Source of the DNA: Bacillus subtilis subsp. subtilis str. 168
Lineage (GTDB): Bacteria; Bacillota; Bacilli; Bacillales; Bacillaceae
Assembly (NCBI RefSeq): GCF_000009045.1
Contig: NC_000964.3
Span: 3,900,001-3,932,000, forward strand
Direction: 5' to 3'
Length of the DNA: 32,000 bases
Shown here: positions 18,262 to 27,950 of the stretch, one piece after another
Layout of the letters: each line of letters begins with the position of its first letter
Position numbering within the stretch: the first letter of the stretch is position 1
The notes under the pieces: generated by a model
The model's database searches: none
The model's input: the letters and a program-made list of their open reading frames with translations, nothing else
Told to the model about the DNA's origin: nothing
Program-made: the position numbers and the translations under genes

Positions 18262-18711
18262 CATCCTTCCTATTGATGTAATAAATCTGAAGTGCATACT
18301 TCCTCAAAATCTTTTCTCTACTTTGTTATGCTATCAAAAACTTCACTTATTAGCTTTATTTTTTTATAAACTTCATCCCATTTTCGCTTAAATGTCATAA
18401 AATCGACAAAAATTGCTCCAACTTTATTCACATCTATCGCTTAAGATGAAAAGTTTCTAGTTATTTCCGCATATAAAGTAAAGAAAGATGATGAAGAACT
18501 AATTCTGACAAATTAAGGTTTACCACAATAAAAAACTTAGGTCAATCAAAAATTTCATTTTGTTAAACTTTCTAGATAGGAATTATTTTTTCCTCGTCTA
18601 GCATCTTTTCACACGGTTACCATTTTAACGCATCAAATATTGAAAGAAAAGGCGCAATGAAGAGCCAATATGCTCTGAATTGTCCGTATTTTTTTATGAG
18701 AGCATCCAGTT

Positions 18712-18737
18712 GTTTATCTTATACAAAAAAGAGGAAT
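18712..18737 (+). promoter_or_regulatory. Candidate sigmaB-type promoter of ywzA
   Basis: GTTTAT (18712-18717), 14-nt spacer, AGGAAT (18732-18737), against the consensus GTTTAA-N12-15-GGGWAW. Confidence 0.4.
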
Positions 18738-18773
18738 GATATAAGCAAATAAATAAAAAATAGGATGTGTTGC

Positions 18774-19022
18774 ATGATGAGTTTTCTTATTTCACTTATC
18801 GTCGCTATTATTATCGGATGGCTTGGAAGCCTGTTTGTAAAAGGAGATATGCCCGGAGGAATTATCGGGTCTATGATCGCAGGTCTTATAGGCGCCTGGA
18901 TCGGACACGGGCTGCTTGGAACATGGGGGCCGCACCTAGCCGGATTTGCCATTATTCCAGCGGTAATCGGCGCAGCCATTGTTGTCTTTCTAGTAAGCCT
19001 GTTAACCAGAAAAAGAGGATAA
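18774..19022 (+). CDS. ywzA: GlsB/YeaQ/YmgE-family small membrane (general stress) protein, about 82 aa
   Basis: Gly-rich TM segments are present (IIGWLGSLFV...GGIIGSMIAGLIGAWIG). The ATG at 18774 (or 18777) has AGGATG 6 nt upstream. The track ATG at 18765 abuts that SD. Confidence 0.85.
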   Translation: MMSFLISLIVAIIIGWLGSLFVKGDMPGGIIGSMIAGLIGAWIGHGLLGTWGPHLAGFAIIPAVIGAAIVVFLVSLLTRKRG

Positions 19023-19077
19023 AAGCAGCAGCACCCGAAGCGTCAGCGCTTTGGGTGTTTGTTTTGCCATAAAAATC

Positions 19078-19112
19078 GAAAAAGCCTCAACCCTAGCGGT
19101 TGAGGCTTTTGA
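19078..19112. terminator. Bidirectional terminator shared by ywzA (+) and galT (-); the galT stop codon lies in its loop
   Basis: AAGCCTCAACC (19082-19092) pairs with GGTTGAGGCTT (19098-19108), with A-run and T-run flanks. The galT TAG is the plus-strand cta at 19093-19095, so the last four or so galT codons form one arm. Confidence 0.85.
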
Positions 19113-20634
19113 CTGGTTTGGCGCCCAACTGATCGATGAACCTTCTGAAGGCCTGTTTTCCCTCTGCTGTCTGCTTAAATACACCGGCGTGTTCAAGGAT
19201 GCGCGCGAATACATGTCCCAGCTCTTCTTTTATGACTAGATCTACGTTCTCTTTTGTTATGGTTCTTTTTTCCATCGTCCGAAGAGCCCACTCACTATGC
19301 TTTGCAGTGAGCGGATTTTGTTCTAAGGCTGTTTTCGGATCAGCAGAACATAGCGCCGCTGCCGTTTCTTTCATTTCCTCCTGTAAGCGGCCAGGCAATA
19401 TCGCCAATCCCATGACCTCAATCAGGCCGATATTTTCTTTTTTAATATGGTGGACTTCTTGATGAGGATGAAATATTCCTAATGGATGCTCCTCATCCGT
19501 CCGGTTGTTCCTCAGTACGATATCGAGTTCGTACAAGTCTCCCCTGCGCCGCGCAATCGGTGTGACCGTATTATGGGGCGTATCGCCTGTATAGGCGGCA
19601 ATGCCGGCTTTTTCATCGGAATACGTCTGCCACGTGCGGAAGATATGGTCAGCAGCTTCGGCGACATGACCCGGTTCGTCTCCTTGGAGCCTGAGCACAG
19701 ACATCGGCCACTTCACTAAGCCCAGCGACACGCCGGGATAATCATTTAATTCATAAACGTCTTCCGCTTCTGCACGTGCCATTGGAAAATCATGCGCGCC
19801 GCCTTGGAAATGATCATGGCTTAGGATGCTGCCGCCGACAATCGGCAGATCCGCGTTTGAACCGATAAAATAATGCGGATATTGGCCAAGAAATGACAGC
19901 AGCCTTTCAAATGTTTTTTTGCTGATCTCCATCGGTTCATGTTCACCTTTTAAGACAATGCAGTGCTCCGGATAATAGACATATGGCGAGAATTGCAGGA
20001 ACCATTGTTCGTCCTCAAGGATGACCGGAATGATTCTGTGATTTTGCCGGGCTGGATGATTCACGCTTCCCTCGAAGCCGACATTTTCTTTACACAGCAA
20101 ACACATCGGATAATTTGTCTGTTCCTGCTCTTTTGCAGCCGCAATCGCTTTCGGGTCCTTTTCAGGCTTTGATAGGTTAATGGTCATTTCCAGCTCGCCA
20201 TATTCGGTCGGCACCGTCCAATGAACATTTTTGGCGATTCTGTCAGTCCGTATATAATAGACATCCTCTGAATATTGATAGAATTCCTTTGTCGCCTGTT
20301 TTGGGCCGTATAATGCTTTTGTCTCTTCAAATTTGCGAATGACCTCGGACGGGGCAGGCACAAAACAGCCCATCAGCTTTGCGCTGAGCAGGTCACGGTA
20401 CGTATCTGTATCCGCTTCCATTCGGCCGGTTTCGGCAGCCCATTTATAGATGGGAGCTAGCAAGTCCGGCAGGCTTTGTGACTGCTTGATGCTGGTGCTG
20501 GAGTTCGGCTCGGGATGTGTGATGCCCAGCGCTTCATAAAGACGGTTTCTCGTATATTCCCGATCCCAGATCGAAATCAATTTTCGTTCCAGGCCATACT
20601 CAAGCAGCTGTTCCAGATGTTCAATAATACTCAT
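19093..20634 (-). CDS. galT: Galactose-1-phosphate uridylyltransferase (type 2), 513 aa
   Basis: Long-form GalT family; recognised sequence (MSIIEHLEQLLEYGLERKLI...). Starts 3 nt after the galK stop. Confidence 0.95.
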   Translation of the reverse strand: MSIIEHLEQLLEYGLERKLISIWDREYTRNRLYEALGITHPEPNSSTSIKQSQSLPDLLAPIYKWAAETGRMEADTDTYRDLLSAKLMGCFVPAPSEVIRKFEETKALYGPKQATKEFYQYSEDVYYIRTDRIAKNVHWTVPTEYGELEMTINLSKPEKDPKAIAAAKEQEQTNYPMCLLCKENVGFEGSVNHPARQNHRIIPVILEDEQWFLQFSPYVYYPEHCIVLKGEHEPMEISKKTFERLLSFLGQYPHYFIGSNADLPIVGGSILSHDHFQGGAHDFPMARAEAEDVYELNDYPGVSLGLVKWPMSVLRLQGDEPGHVAEAADHIFRTWQTYSDEKAGIAAYTGDTPHNTVTPIARRRGDLYELDIVLRNNRTDEEHPLGIFHPHQEVHHIKKENIGLIEVMGLAILPGRLQEEMKETAAALCSADPKTALEQNPLTAKHSEWALRTMEKRTITKENVDLVIKEELGHVFARILEHAGVFKQTAEGKQAFRRFIDQLGAKPVKSLNR

Positions 20635-20637
20635 ATG

Positions 20638-21810
20638 TCACTCCCCCTTTAGTTCTCTCGCTCCCTCTCCGATATCCGCGACATAAAAGTCCGCTCGGAG
20701 CCCTGTTTTTTCTTGATATCTGTCTCCAACCTTCTGAATAAAATCATCAACGAACTCATCTTTTACAATGCTGATGGTGCAGCCGCCAAAGCCTGCTCCC
20801 GTCATTCTTGATCCAATTACACCTTCGTGATCCCATGCCGCAAACACAAGCTCATCAAGTTCAGGGCATGTTACTTCATAGTCATCCTTCAATGAAAGGT
20901 GGGATTCCTTCATTAACTGCCCGATTTCATCTATATTGTTCTCTTTGAACATATGGGCCGTCTTAATAGCACGATGATTTTCGTATACAGCGTGCTTTGC
21001 CCGGCGTCTGTTCGTTTCATTTTGGATCAGGCTGGAATGCGCATCGAAATCAGAAGGCTTGATGTCGCCCAGTGCGGCAATATCGAGGCCTTTTTTCAGA
21101 TCAAGCAATGCATCATTGCATTCTTGGCGTCTCGTATTATAGCTGGAGTCAGCCAATGTCCTTTTTTTGTTCGTGTTCGCGATGACCAGCGCGAGGCCTG
21201 AGACATTGAGTTTGCTATATTCATAGTCAAGCGTGTCACAGTTCAGCAGCATCGCATGATGTTTTTTCCCCATTCCAATTGCAAATTGGTCCATAATTCC
21301 GCAATTGACGCCGATAAAATGGTTTTCCGCATGCTGCGCCATTTTCACAAGCTCAAGCGCATCTACTTCAGGATGAAAATAACTTTGGAGCACGACCCCC
21401 ATCAGCAGTTCAATAGAAGCGGAAGACGACAGTCCCGCCCCGTTTGGAATATTCCCTGAAAATACAATGTCAAAGCCATGGGGAACTGCATATCCCCTCT
21501 GTTGAAATTCATAAATCACGCCTTTTGGGTAGTTCGCCCAGTCGTCTTCTTTTTGATAGCGAATGTCGTCAAGGCTGCATTCCTTGATGCCTGCGTTTCT
21601 AAAGTTATCTGAATACATCCGGACAAGCCCGTCGTTTCTTTCTGCAACAGCAGCATATGTACCCATTGTCAGCGCGCACGGAAAGACATGCCCGCCGTTA
21701 TAGTCTGTATGTTCTCCAATCAGATTCACTCTTCCAGGTGCGAAAAAAAACCGTAACCCCTCTTTTTCTCCGAATACACTTGCAAATATCCCCTTTAGCT
21801 CTTCCCGCAT
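20638..21810 (-). CDS. galK: Galactokinase (GHMP kinase), 390 aa
   Basis: GRVNLIGEHTDYNGG and the GHMP motif PNGAGLSSSAS are present. The ATG at 21810 has a GGTGA SD 8 nt upstream. The track TTG at 21816 adds two codons. Confidence 0.95.
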   Translation of the reverse strand: MREELKGIFASVFGEKEGLRFFFAPGRVNLIGEHTDYNGGHVFPCALTMGTYAAVAERNDGLVRMYSDNFRNAGIKECSLDDIRYQKEDDWANYPKGVIYEFQQRGYAVPHGFDIVFSGNIPNGAGLSSSASIELLMGVVLQSYFHPEVDALELVKMAQHAENHFIGVNCGIMDQFAIGMGKKHHAMLLNCDTLDYEYSKLNVSGLALVIANTNKKRTLADSSYNTRRQECNDALLDLKKGLDIAALGDIKPSDFDAHSSLIQNETNRRRAKHAVYENHRAIKTAHMFKENNIDEIGQLMKESHLSLKDDYEVTCPELDELVFAAWDHEGVIGSRMTGAGFGGCTISIVKDEFVDDFIQKVGDRYQEKTGLRADFYVADIGEGARELKGE

Positions 21811-21890
21811 GTGCAATCACCTTTCTGGTTTTTATTTTTTATTCCCCTTATTTCTTCATAGAAAACGGCAGATCATATGCTGCAGTCCTC

Positions 21891-22274
21891 TCATACCCCT
21901 TCTTCTTTTGTTTTTTTAAAGACGAGCCATTTGCTCGCAACATAGTTGACGACAACAATGACCGCGTTGTCGAGTATTTTGGCCAAGGTTTCATTTGTAT
22001 TGAACTGGCCGACAAGAATGATCATCATGCCTAAATCTATGCCGAGAGACAGGACCCGAACGCTGAAAAAAGCAGTGAGCTCTTTCAGCAGGCTCTGCAG
22101 ATCATGTGTTTTTTGCTGAAACACATATAATTTATTTGTTATGTAAGCAAACAGCACGGACAAAATCCAAGCGGCAACAGTGGCGGCTTTGTAATCCACA
22201 TTCATGATCTCTACCAATATATAAAAGCTGGCGATATTCACAATGGTTGTGAAAACCCCCATAATGATATACAT
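21891..22274 (-). CDS. ywcD: GtrA-family small membrane protein, 127 aa
   Basis: The track ORF (187 aa) overlaps ywcC in another frame. The ATG at 22274 gives MYIIMGVFTTIVNIASFYILV...KWLVFKK, a typical four-TM GtrA-like protein. The SD is weak, and 22262 is an alternative start. Confidence 0.8.
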   Translation of the reverse strand: MYIIMGVFTTIVNIASFYILVEIMNVDYKAATVAAWILSVLFAYITNKLYVFQQKTHDLQSLLKELTAFFSVRVLSLGIDLGMMIILVGQFNTNETLAKILDNAVIVVVNYVASKWLVFKKTKEEGV

Positions 22275-22291
22275 AATTATTTCTCTATACT

Positions 22292-22963
22292 TCACTGATG
22301 TTCCTCGCTTTCTGAAAAACTTTTCAAAATTCTTGGCCTCTCGTGCTCTCTGTCTAAAGTAAAAAATACCGAGAGTGCGTCTAAAAAGCTGCGGAAGGTG
22401 GCTGGCTGGCCCAATACATATGATTGTTTGATGATTCCGTCGAGGACTGCACATATTATTTTAGCCGTATATTCAGGATCAATACAGGCGTCAATCAGCT
22501 TTCTCTCCTTCAGCCACTTAATATATAACACATTTTCTTCCACCCACAATTCGTACAGCCGGACATAGGCCTTGCATTTCTTTAAGACTTTATATGTCGG
22601 CATGTTCATGGCAAACGAGGTGATGTCCCACGACGGCTTATTTATGTAATAGGAATAAAGCAGTTCTGCAGCGTGTTTTGCAGCCTCGTCCAATGTCAGC
22701 GATTTCACTGACTCCCGCTCCATTTGATCAAGATACCCTATAATGATCTTTTTTTTCATCTGACGTTTTTCGAGAAGGTACAGCAGAAAATCGTCCTTGC
22801 TGACAAAATGAACATAAAATGCTCCTTTGCTGTACCCGGCGGCTCTGCTGATATCTTCTACAGAAACCGGATCATACGCTCGGTCAATCAACAAATTCAC
22901 GCCAGCGTCTATAAAACTTTCAAATGTTGCTTCTCTTTTAATTTGAAATTTGTTTTTTTTCAT
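22292..22963 (-). CDS. ywcC: TetR-family transcriptional repressor (represses slrA), 223 aa
   Basis: N-terminal TetR helix-turn-helix (VSVEDISRAAGYSKGAFYVHFVSKDDF). GGAG SD 6 nt upstream. Divergent from slrA. Confidence 0.92.
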   Translation of the reverse strand: MKKNKFQIKREATFESFIDAGVNLLIDRAYDPVSVEDISRAAGYSKGAFYVHFVSKDDFLLYLLEKRQMKKKIIIGYLDQMERESVKSLTLDEAAKHAAELLYSYYINKPSWDITSFAMNMPTYKVLKKCKAYVRLYELWVEENVLYIKWLKERKLIDACIDPEYTAKIICAVLDGIIKQSYVLGQPATFRSFLDALSVFFTLDREHERPRILKSFSESEEHQ

Positions 22964-22977
22964 ATTTTTCTCCTGGC

Positions 22978-22990
22978 GGTAATGATTACC
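22978..22990. promoter_or_regulatory. Palindrome GGTAAT-g-ATTACC immediately upstream of the ywcC SD (candidate autoregulatory operator)
   Basis: Perfect 6-bp arms, 4 nt upstream of the ywcC ribosome-binding site. Confidence 0.35.
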
Positions 22991-23318
22991 CTTATCTTAC
23001 ACCGGATCAATCTTTAGCGGTATTTATTTCTTTAAACGGTTATGCTATTCGGTTTCCCAGGGGTCATTTTTAATAGGCTAAATGATTTATTTTCATTTAC
23101 ATACTATCCAGTCAGTATTTAATTGTTTATTATTATAAATAAGGTCCATTGGTTATATTAGTCATTTTTTTAGGGAATAGGTAGGTGGTTTTTCCTTCAG
23201 TTTGTGAACACCGAGCAACTATGTGTGAAATTTGTTGTACTCGCCTCCATCATCGCGCTGGCTTGTCTTTTATTGCCCGCATGTTGCAGGAAAACATTTT
23301 ATACAATTGGAGGTTACT

Positions 23319-23477
23319 ATGAAAACTCATGTTAAAAAAGATTTGGACAAAGGTTGGCATATGTTAATTCAAGAAGCTAGATCCATTGGATTAGGCATTC
23401 ATGATGTGAGGCAGTTTTTAGAATCTGAGACAGCATCAAGAAAGAAAAACCACAAAAAAACCGTCCGGCAAGACTAG
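23319..23477 (+). CDS. slrA: SinI-like small antirepressor of the SinR/SlrR biofilm switch, 52 aa
   Basis: The ATG at 23319 lies 7 nt after GGAGG (23309-23313) and gives MKTHVKKDLDKGWHMLIQEARSIGLGIHDVRQFLESETASRKKNHKKTVRQD. The track ORF (from 23232, TTG) is an unsupported 29-codon extension. Confidence 0.88.
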   Translation: MKTHVKKDLDKGWHMLIQEARSIGLGIHDVRQFLESETASRKKNHKKTVRQD

Positions 23478-23919
23478 TCCGAACAGGCGGATCTATTTAC
23501 CTCTGGCTTTTCTATCACCTGATCTGAGTTTTCACCATATCCTCTATTCAAAAGCAAATCGCTGCGCTGAGCTTGAGGACAAACGGTGTGTCAGCTAACT
23601 ACGACAGACAGCCGGTGATGCGATCACCTCTTGGCACATGCATTGTCATAAAGAGGTGATGCGAACATGATAACCGTGCTCTGGTAAACAGCAGCTTTGC
23701 TGAGAACAAGCTGCATTCGGTGAGGTTTTGAAAGCAAACTCGTTTATACACGGCCGAGCTTGAAAACCTTCGCCTGTCTTTAGACCACTGTGTTCACCTC
23801 TTCACGACTTCCTTCTTTTTTCATCCTCCAGCTATTGTACAACGCATAAATCGGACTTTCAGTACATACCTATTGGTGTACCTTTTTGCTTACGTTTAGC
23901 GAATAAAAGGAGGAAAGCC

Positions 23920-24228
23920 ATGTACAAAGCTGATTATAAACAGATTGCTGCAACGCCGTCTTTTCAAGCTTTTTTAAAGCAGAAACGCGCTTTTATTGTT
24001 CCTTCTGCGATTTTCTTTTTTGTTTTTTATTTTTCACTCCCTGTTTTGACATCTTATTTCACCTTTTTGAATGCACCGGCCATTGGAGCTGTTTCATGGG
24101 CTTGGCTGTTCGCCATCGCCCAATTCGCTATGACCTGGATACTGAGTACTGTGTATTCCCGGAGAGCCGCCCATTTCGATAAGTATGTAAGCGCTTTAAA
24201 AGAGGATCTGAAGGGTGAACAGACATGA
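23920..24228 (+). CDS. ywcB: DUF485-family inner membrane protein (YjcH-like), 102 aa
   Basis: AAAGGAGG SD, two TM segments. Its stop overlaps the ywcA start (ATGA), as in yjcH-actP type pairs. Confidence 0.9.
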   Translation: MYKADYKQIAATPSFQAFLKQKRAFIVPSAIFFFVFYFSLPVLTSYFTFLNAPAIGAVSWAWLFAIAQFAMTWILSTVYSRRAAHFDKYVSALKEDLKGEQT

Positions 24229-25766
24229 ATATGACTGCTTTTTTATTATTTTTGGCGATTGTTGGCCTGACGCTTATTATCACGTATTTTGCCGCGAAGC
24301 GGACGAAAACGACGAGTGAGTTTTATACGGCGGGCGGCGGGCTCACCGGCGTTCAGAATGGACTGGCAATTGCCGGTGACTACATGTCTGCCGCCTCGTT
24401 TCTCGGGATTGCCGGAATGATTGCGTTATATGGATTTGATGGCTTCTTTTACAGCATCGGTTTTCTGGTGGCTTATCTCGTTGTCTTGTACATCGTGGCG
24501 GAGCCGCTTCGGAATCTTGGAAAGTACACGATGGCAGACATGATTGCCGCTCGCTTTAAAGAAAAGAAAATCCGCGGTGTCGCGGCTCTCAATACCATTG
24601 CCATCTCTACTTTTTATATGATCGCCCAGCTCGTGGGGGCGGGCGCGCTGATCAAACTGCTTCTAGGGCTGGATTATACCGCGGCTGTCCTCATCGTCGG
24701 AGTGCTGATGACCATTTATGTCGTGTTTGGCGGCATGATCGCGACAAGCTGGGTTCAAATTATTAAAGCTGTTTTGCTGATGGCCGGCACACTCGTGATT
24801 TCGATTATCGTGTTTTCGAAATTCGGCTTTAGCCTTAATACCATGTTTGAACAGATGAAAACGGCTACTCCGCTTGGCGCTGATTTTTTGAACCCCGGAA
24901 ATAAATACAAGGTGCCGCTTGAGACCTTGTCGTTAAACTTGGCACTCGTGCTGGGAACCGCCGGGCTTCCGCATATATTGATCCGGTTTTATACCGTTAA
25001 GGATGCCAAGACGGCCCGTACATCCGTTGTGTCAGCGACATGGATTATCGGTGTGTTTTACATTATGACGGTATTTCTCGGCTTTGGTGCCGCGGCATTT
25101 GTCGGTTTTGACGCGATTACGGCGGCTGATCAAGCGGGAAATATGGCGGCTCCGCTTTTAGCAAAAGCGCTCGGAGGAGACTTTCTGTTCGCGTTTGTAT
25201 CAGCCATCGCCTTTGCCACCATTTTGGCTGTCGTGACAGGGTTGGTGCTGTCTGCCGCCTCAGCATTTGCCCATGATATTTACAGCCAGATCATCAGAAA
25301 GGGAGAAGCAACTGAAAAAGAACAAATGAAAGCGGCCAGATGGGCTTCTGTCGCCGTGTCAGTGCTCTCGATTCTCCTTGCGATTTTTGCACAATCCTTA
25401 AATGTGGCGTTCCTTGTTGCACTCGCGTTTGCGGTAGCCGCCAGCGCAAACCTTCCGCTGATTGTGTTTACAGTCTTCTGGAAACGATTCAATGCCTCAG
25501 GCGCTTTATGGGGCAGCCTGACAGGCCTGATCAGCGCGCTTGTGCTGGTATCGATGAGCCCTAGTGTGTGGGACCCGGCCGGAGGTGCTATTTTTACCGG
25601 TGATCCGCTCATTCCGCTATCTAATCCAGGAATTATTTCCATCCCGCTCGGCTTTCTCGGCGCGTGGCTCGGAACGGTGCTGTCGTCTGATAAAACAATT
25701 GATGAAGATACGTTTGCAGAAATTCAGGTGAAGGCGCATACTGGCGTCCATATGGAACAGGAATAA
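24225..25766 (+). CDS. ywcA: Sodium:solute symporter family permease (ActP-like cation/acetate symporter), 513 aa
   Basis: Polytopic SSS-family protein, translationally coupled to ywcB. Confidence 0.92.
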   Translation: MNMTAFLLFLAIVGLTLIITYFAAKRTKTTSEFYTAGGGLTGVQNGLAIAGDYMSAASFLGIAGMIALYGFDGFFYSIGFLVAYLVVLYIVAEPLRNLGKYTMADMIAARFKEKKIRGVAALNTIAISTFYMIAQLVGAGALIKLLLGLDYTAAVLIVGVLMTIYVVFGGMIATSWVQIIKAVLLMAGTLVISIIVFSKFGFSLNTMFEQMKTATPLGADFLNPGNKYKVPLETLSLNLALVLGTAGLPHILIRFYTVKDAKTARTSVVSATWIIGVFYIMTVFLGFGAAAFVGFDAITAADQAGNMAAPLLAKALGGDFLFAFVSAIAFATILAVVTGLVLSAASAFAHDIYSQIIRKGEATEKEQMKAARWASVAVSVLSILLAIFAQSLNVAFLVALAFAVAASANLPLIVFTVFWKRFNASGALWGSLTGLISALVLVSMSPSVWDPAGGAIFTGDPLIPLSNPGIISIPLGFLGAWLGTVLSSDKTIDEDTFAEIQVKAHTGVHMEQE

Positions 25767-25795
25767 AAAAAGCTCTCTTTATCGAGAGCTTTTTC
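25766..25795. terminator. Bidirectional terminator shared by ywcA (+) and ywbO (-)
   Basis: AGCTCTC (25771-25777) pairs with GAGAGCT (25784-25790), flanked by AAAAAAA and TTTT. Confidence 0.8.
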
Positions 25796-25796
25796 C

Positions 25797-26399
25797 TTAC
25801 TTTTTCTTCTGCTCGTCAGAAATCGCTTTTTCAAATACATCCTTGCCGGCAGCACCCGGAATTACAGTGTCACCGATAATAAAGGTTGGAACGGCTGTGA
25901 TGTCAGCCTCTTCATAGGCGTGCTTCAAGGCTTGGCGCTGCACGTCCTGATATGTTCTTGTTTCCAGTGCTGATTTGAATGATGCACCGTCTAATCCCAC
26001 TTCCTCGGCGAGCTTCGTCAAGATGTCAATATCGCCGATATTTTGGTCCTCCTGGAAAAATGCCTGAAAGACACGGGTGTTGTATTCATGTCCTTTATTG
26101 TATTCCTTCGCAAAATGGAAGCCTTCAAACGCGAGGTCTGTATACGGATGGGGCGAGACGTTTGGAAAATTGATCTCGACTCCTAATTTCTCCGCCATTG
26201 GCTGAATTGATGTCTGCCACATGTACTGTTTAGAAGGATCATTGACCGGATCAAGCTGAGGAGATGGGCTTGGGCGCAGTTCAAACGGCATCCACTCGAC
26301 TTCAACATCCTTTCCTTTTATCGCTTCTTCAAAAGCGGCTTTTCCAACAAAACAAAATGGGCAGACGTAATCTGAATAAACTTTAATGTGTACTGTCAT
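25797..26399 (-). CDS. ywbO: DsbA/FrnE-like thiol-disulfide oxidoreductase, 200 aa
   Basis: Thioredoxin-fold protein with a CPFC active-site motif (YSDYVCPFCFVGK). Confidence 0.9.
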   Translation of the reverse strand: MTVHIKVYSDYVCPFCFVGKAAFEEAIKGKDVEVEWMPFELRPSPSPQLDPVNDPSKQYMWQTSIQPMAEKLGVEINFPNVSPHPYTDLAFEGFHFAKEYNKGHEYNTRVFQAFFQEDQNIGDIDILTKLAEEVGLDGASFKSALETRTYQDVQRQALKHAYEEADITAVPTFIIGDTVIPGAAGKDVFEKAISDEQKKK

Positions 26400-26424
26400 G
26401 ATAATCTCCTTTCATACTAAATTG

Positions 26425-26453
26425 ATTTTAAACTGTAACAATTAAAGTTACAA
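26425..26453 (-). promoter_or_regulatory. Candidate sigmaA promoter of ywbO
   Basis: Minus strand: TTGTAA (26453-26448), 17-nt spacer, TAAAAT (26430-26425). The spacer contains the small palindrome TGTAAC-N7-GTTACA. Confidence 0.5.
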
Positions 26454-26465
26454 CTGTTTTTTAAT

Positions 26466-26681
26466 AAAGAAGCCGATTTAGGCTTCTTTCAGATTGATGA
26501 CAAAATCCTAAAAAGTTTTAGGATTTTGTCATCCTTTCAGCGTGATTGAAAACCCTTGAAGTCTAGGAAAGCCGAGCATTGGAGCGGAGCGAATGCTCTA
26601 ATTCGTGAGCACCAACGCACAGGCTTGACAACGAATGCGAGGGTTTGTCGACACGCTGAAAGAAGCCTGTAAAGGCTTCTT

Positions 26682-26684
<3 letters not shown>
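26466..26684. other. Hyper-structured non-coding module (candidate sRNA, 3'UTR element or MITE-like repeat); its right-hand hairpin doubles as the efeUOB terminator
   Basis: Hairpin AAAGAAGCC/GGCTTCTTT at 26466-26489, and its inverted twin at 26659-26681. Perfect palindrome with 18-bp arms at 26496-26533. Long-range stem 26534-26544 with 26652-26662, stacked on 26550-26556 with 26640-26646. Inner hairpins at 26574-26598 and 26601-26636. No credible ORF. Confidence 0.5.

Positions 26685-27950
<1,266 letters not shown>

Noticed and set aside
18649-18750. 31-codon plus-strand ORF (MKSQYALNCPYFFMRASSCLSYTKKRNDISK) in the qoxA-ywzA spacer
   Set aside because: It has only a weak AAAGG upstream and no hydrophobic or otherwise recognisable character, and it overlaps the candidate ywzA sigmaB promoter. 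Nothing distinguishes it from chance in AT-rich DNA.
18719-19072. Minus-strand 86-aa ORF and plus-strand 101-aa alternative frame overlapping ywzA
   Set aside because: ywzA's frame gives a coherent Gly-rich two-to-three-TM GlsB/YeaQ-type protein with an SD. The other frames give Pro/Arg-rich nonsense.
26496-26533. Possibility that the ATCCT-containing palindrome is a Bacillaceae-1-type RNA motif (two hairpins with RUCCU loops)
   Set aside because: Here ATCCT lies inside the perfectly paired stem, not in a terminal loop, and I cannot run a covariance-model search. The resemblance is too loose to assert.
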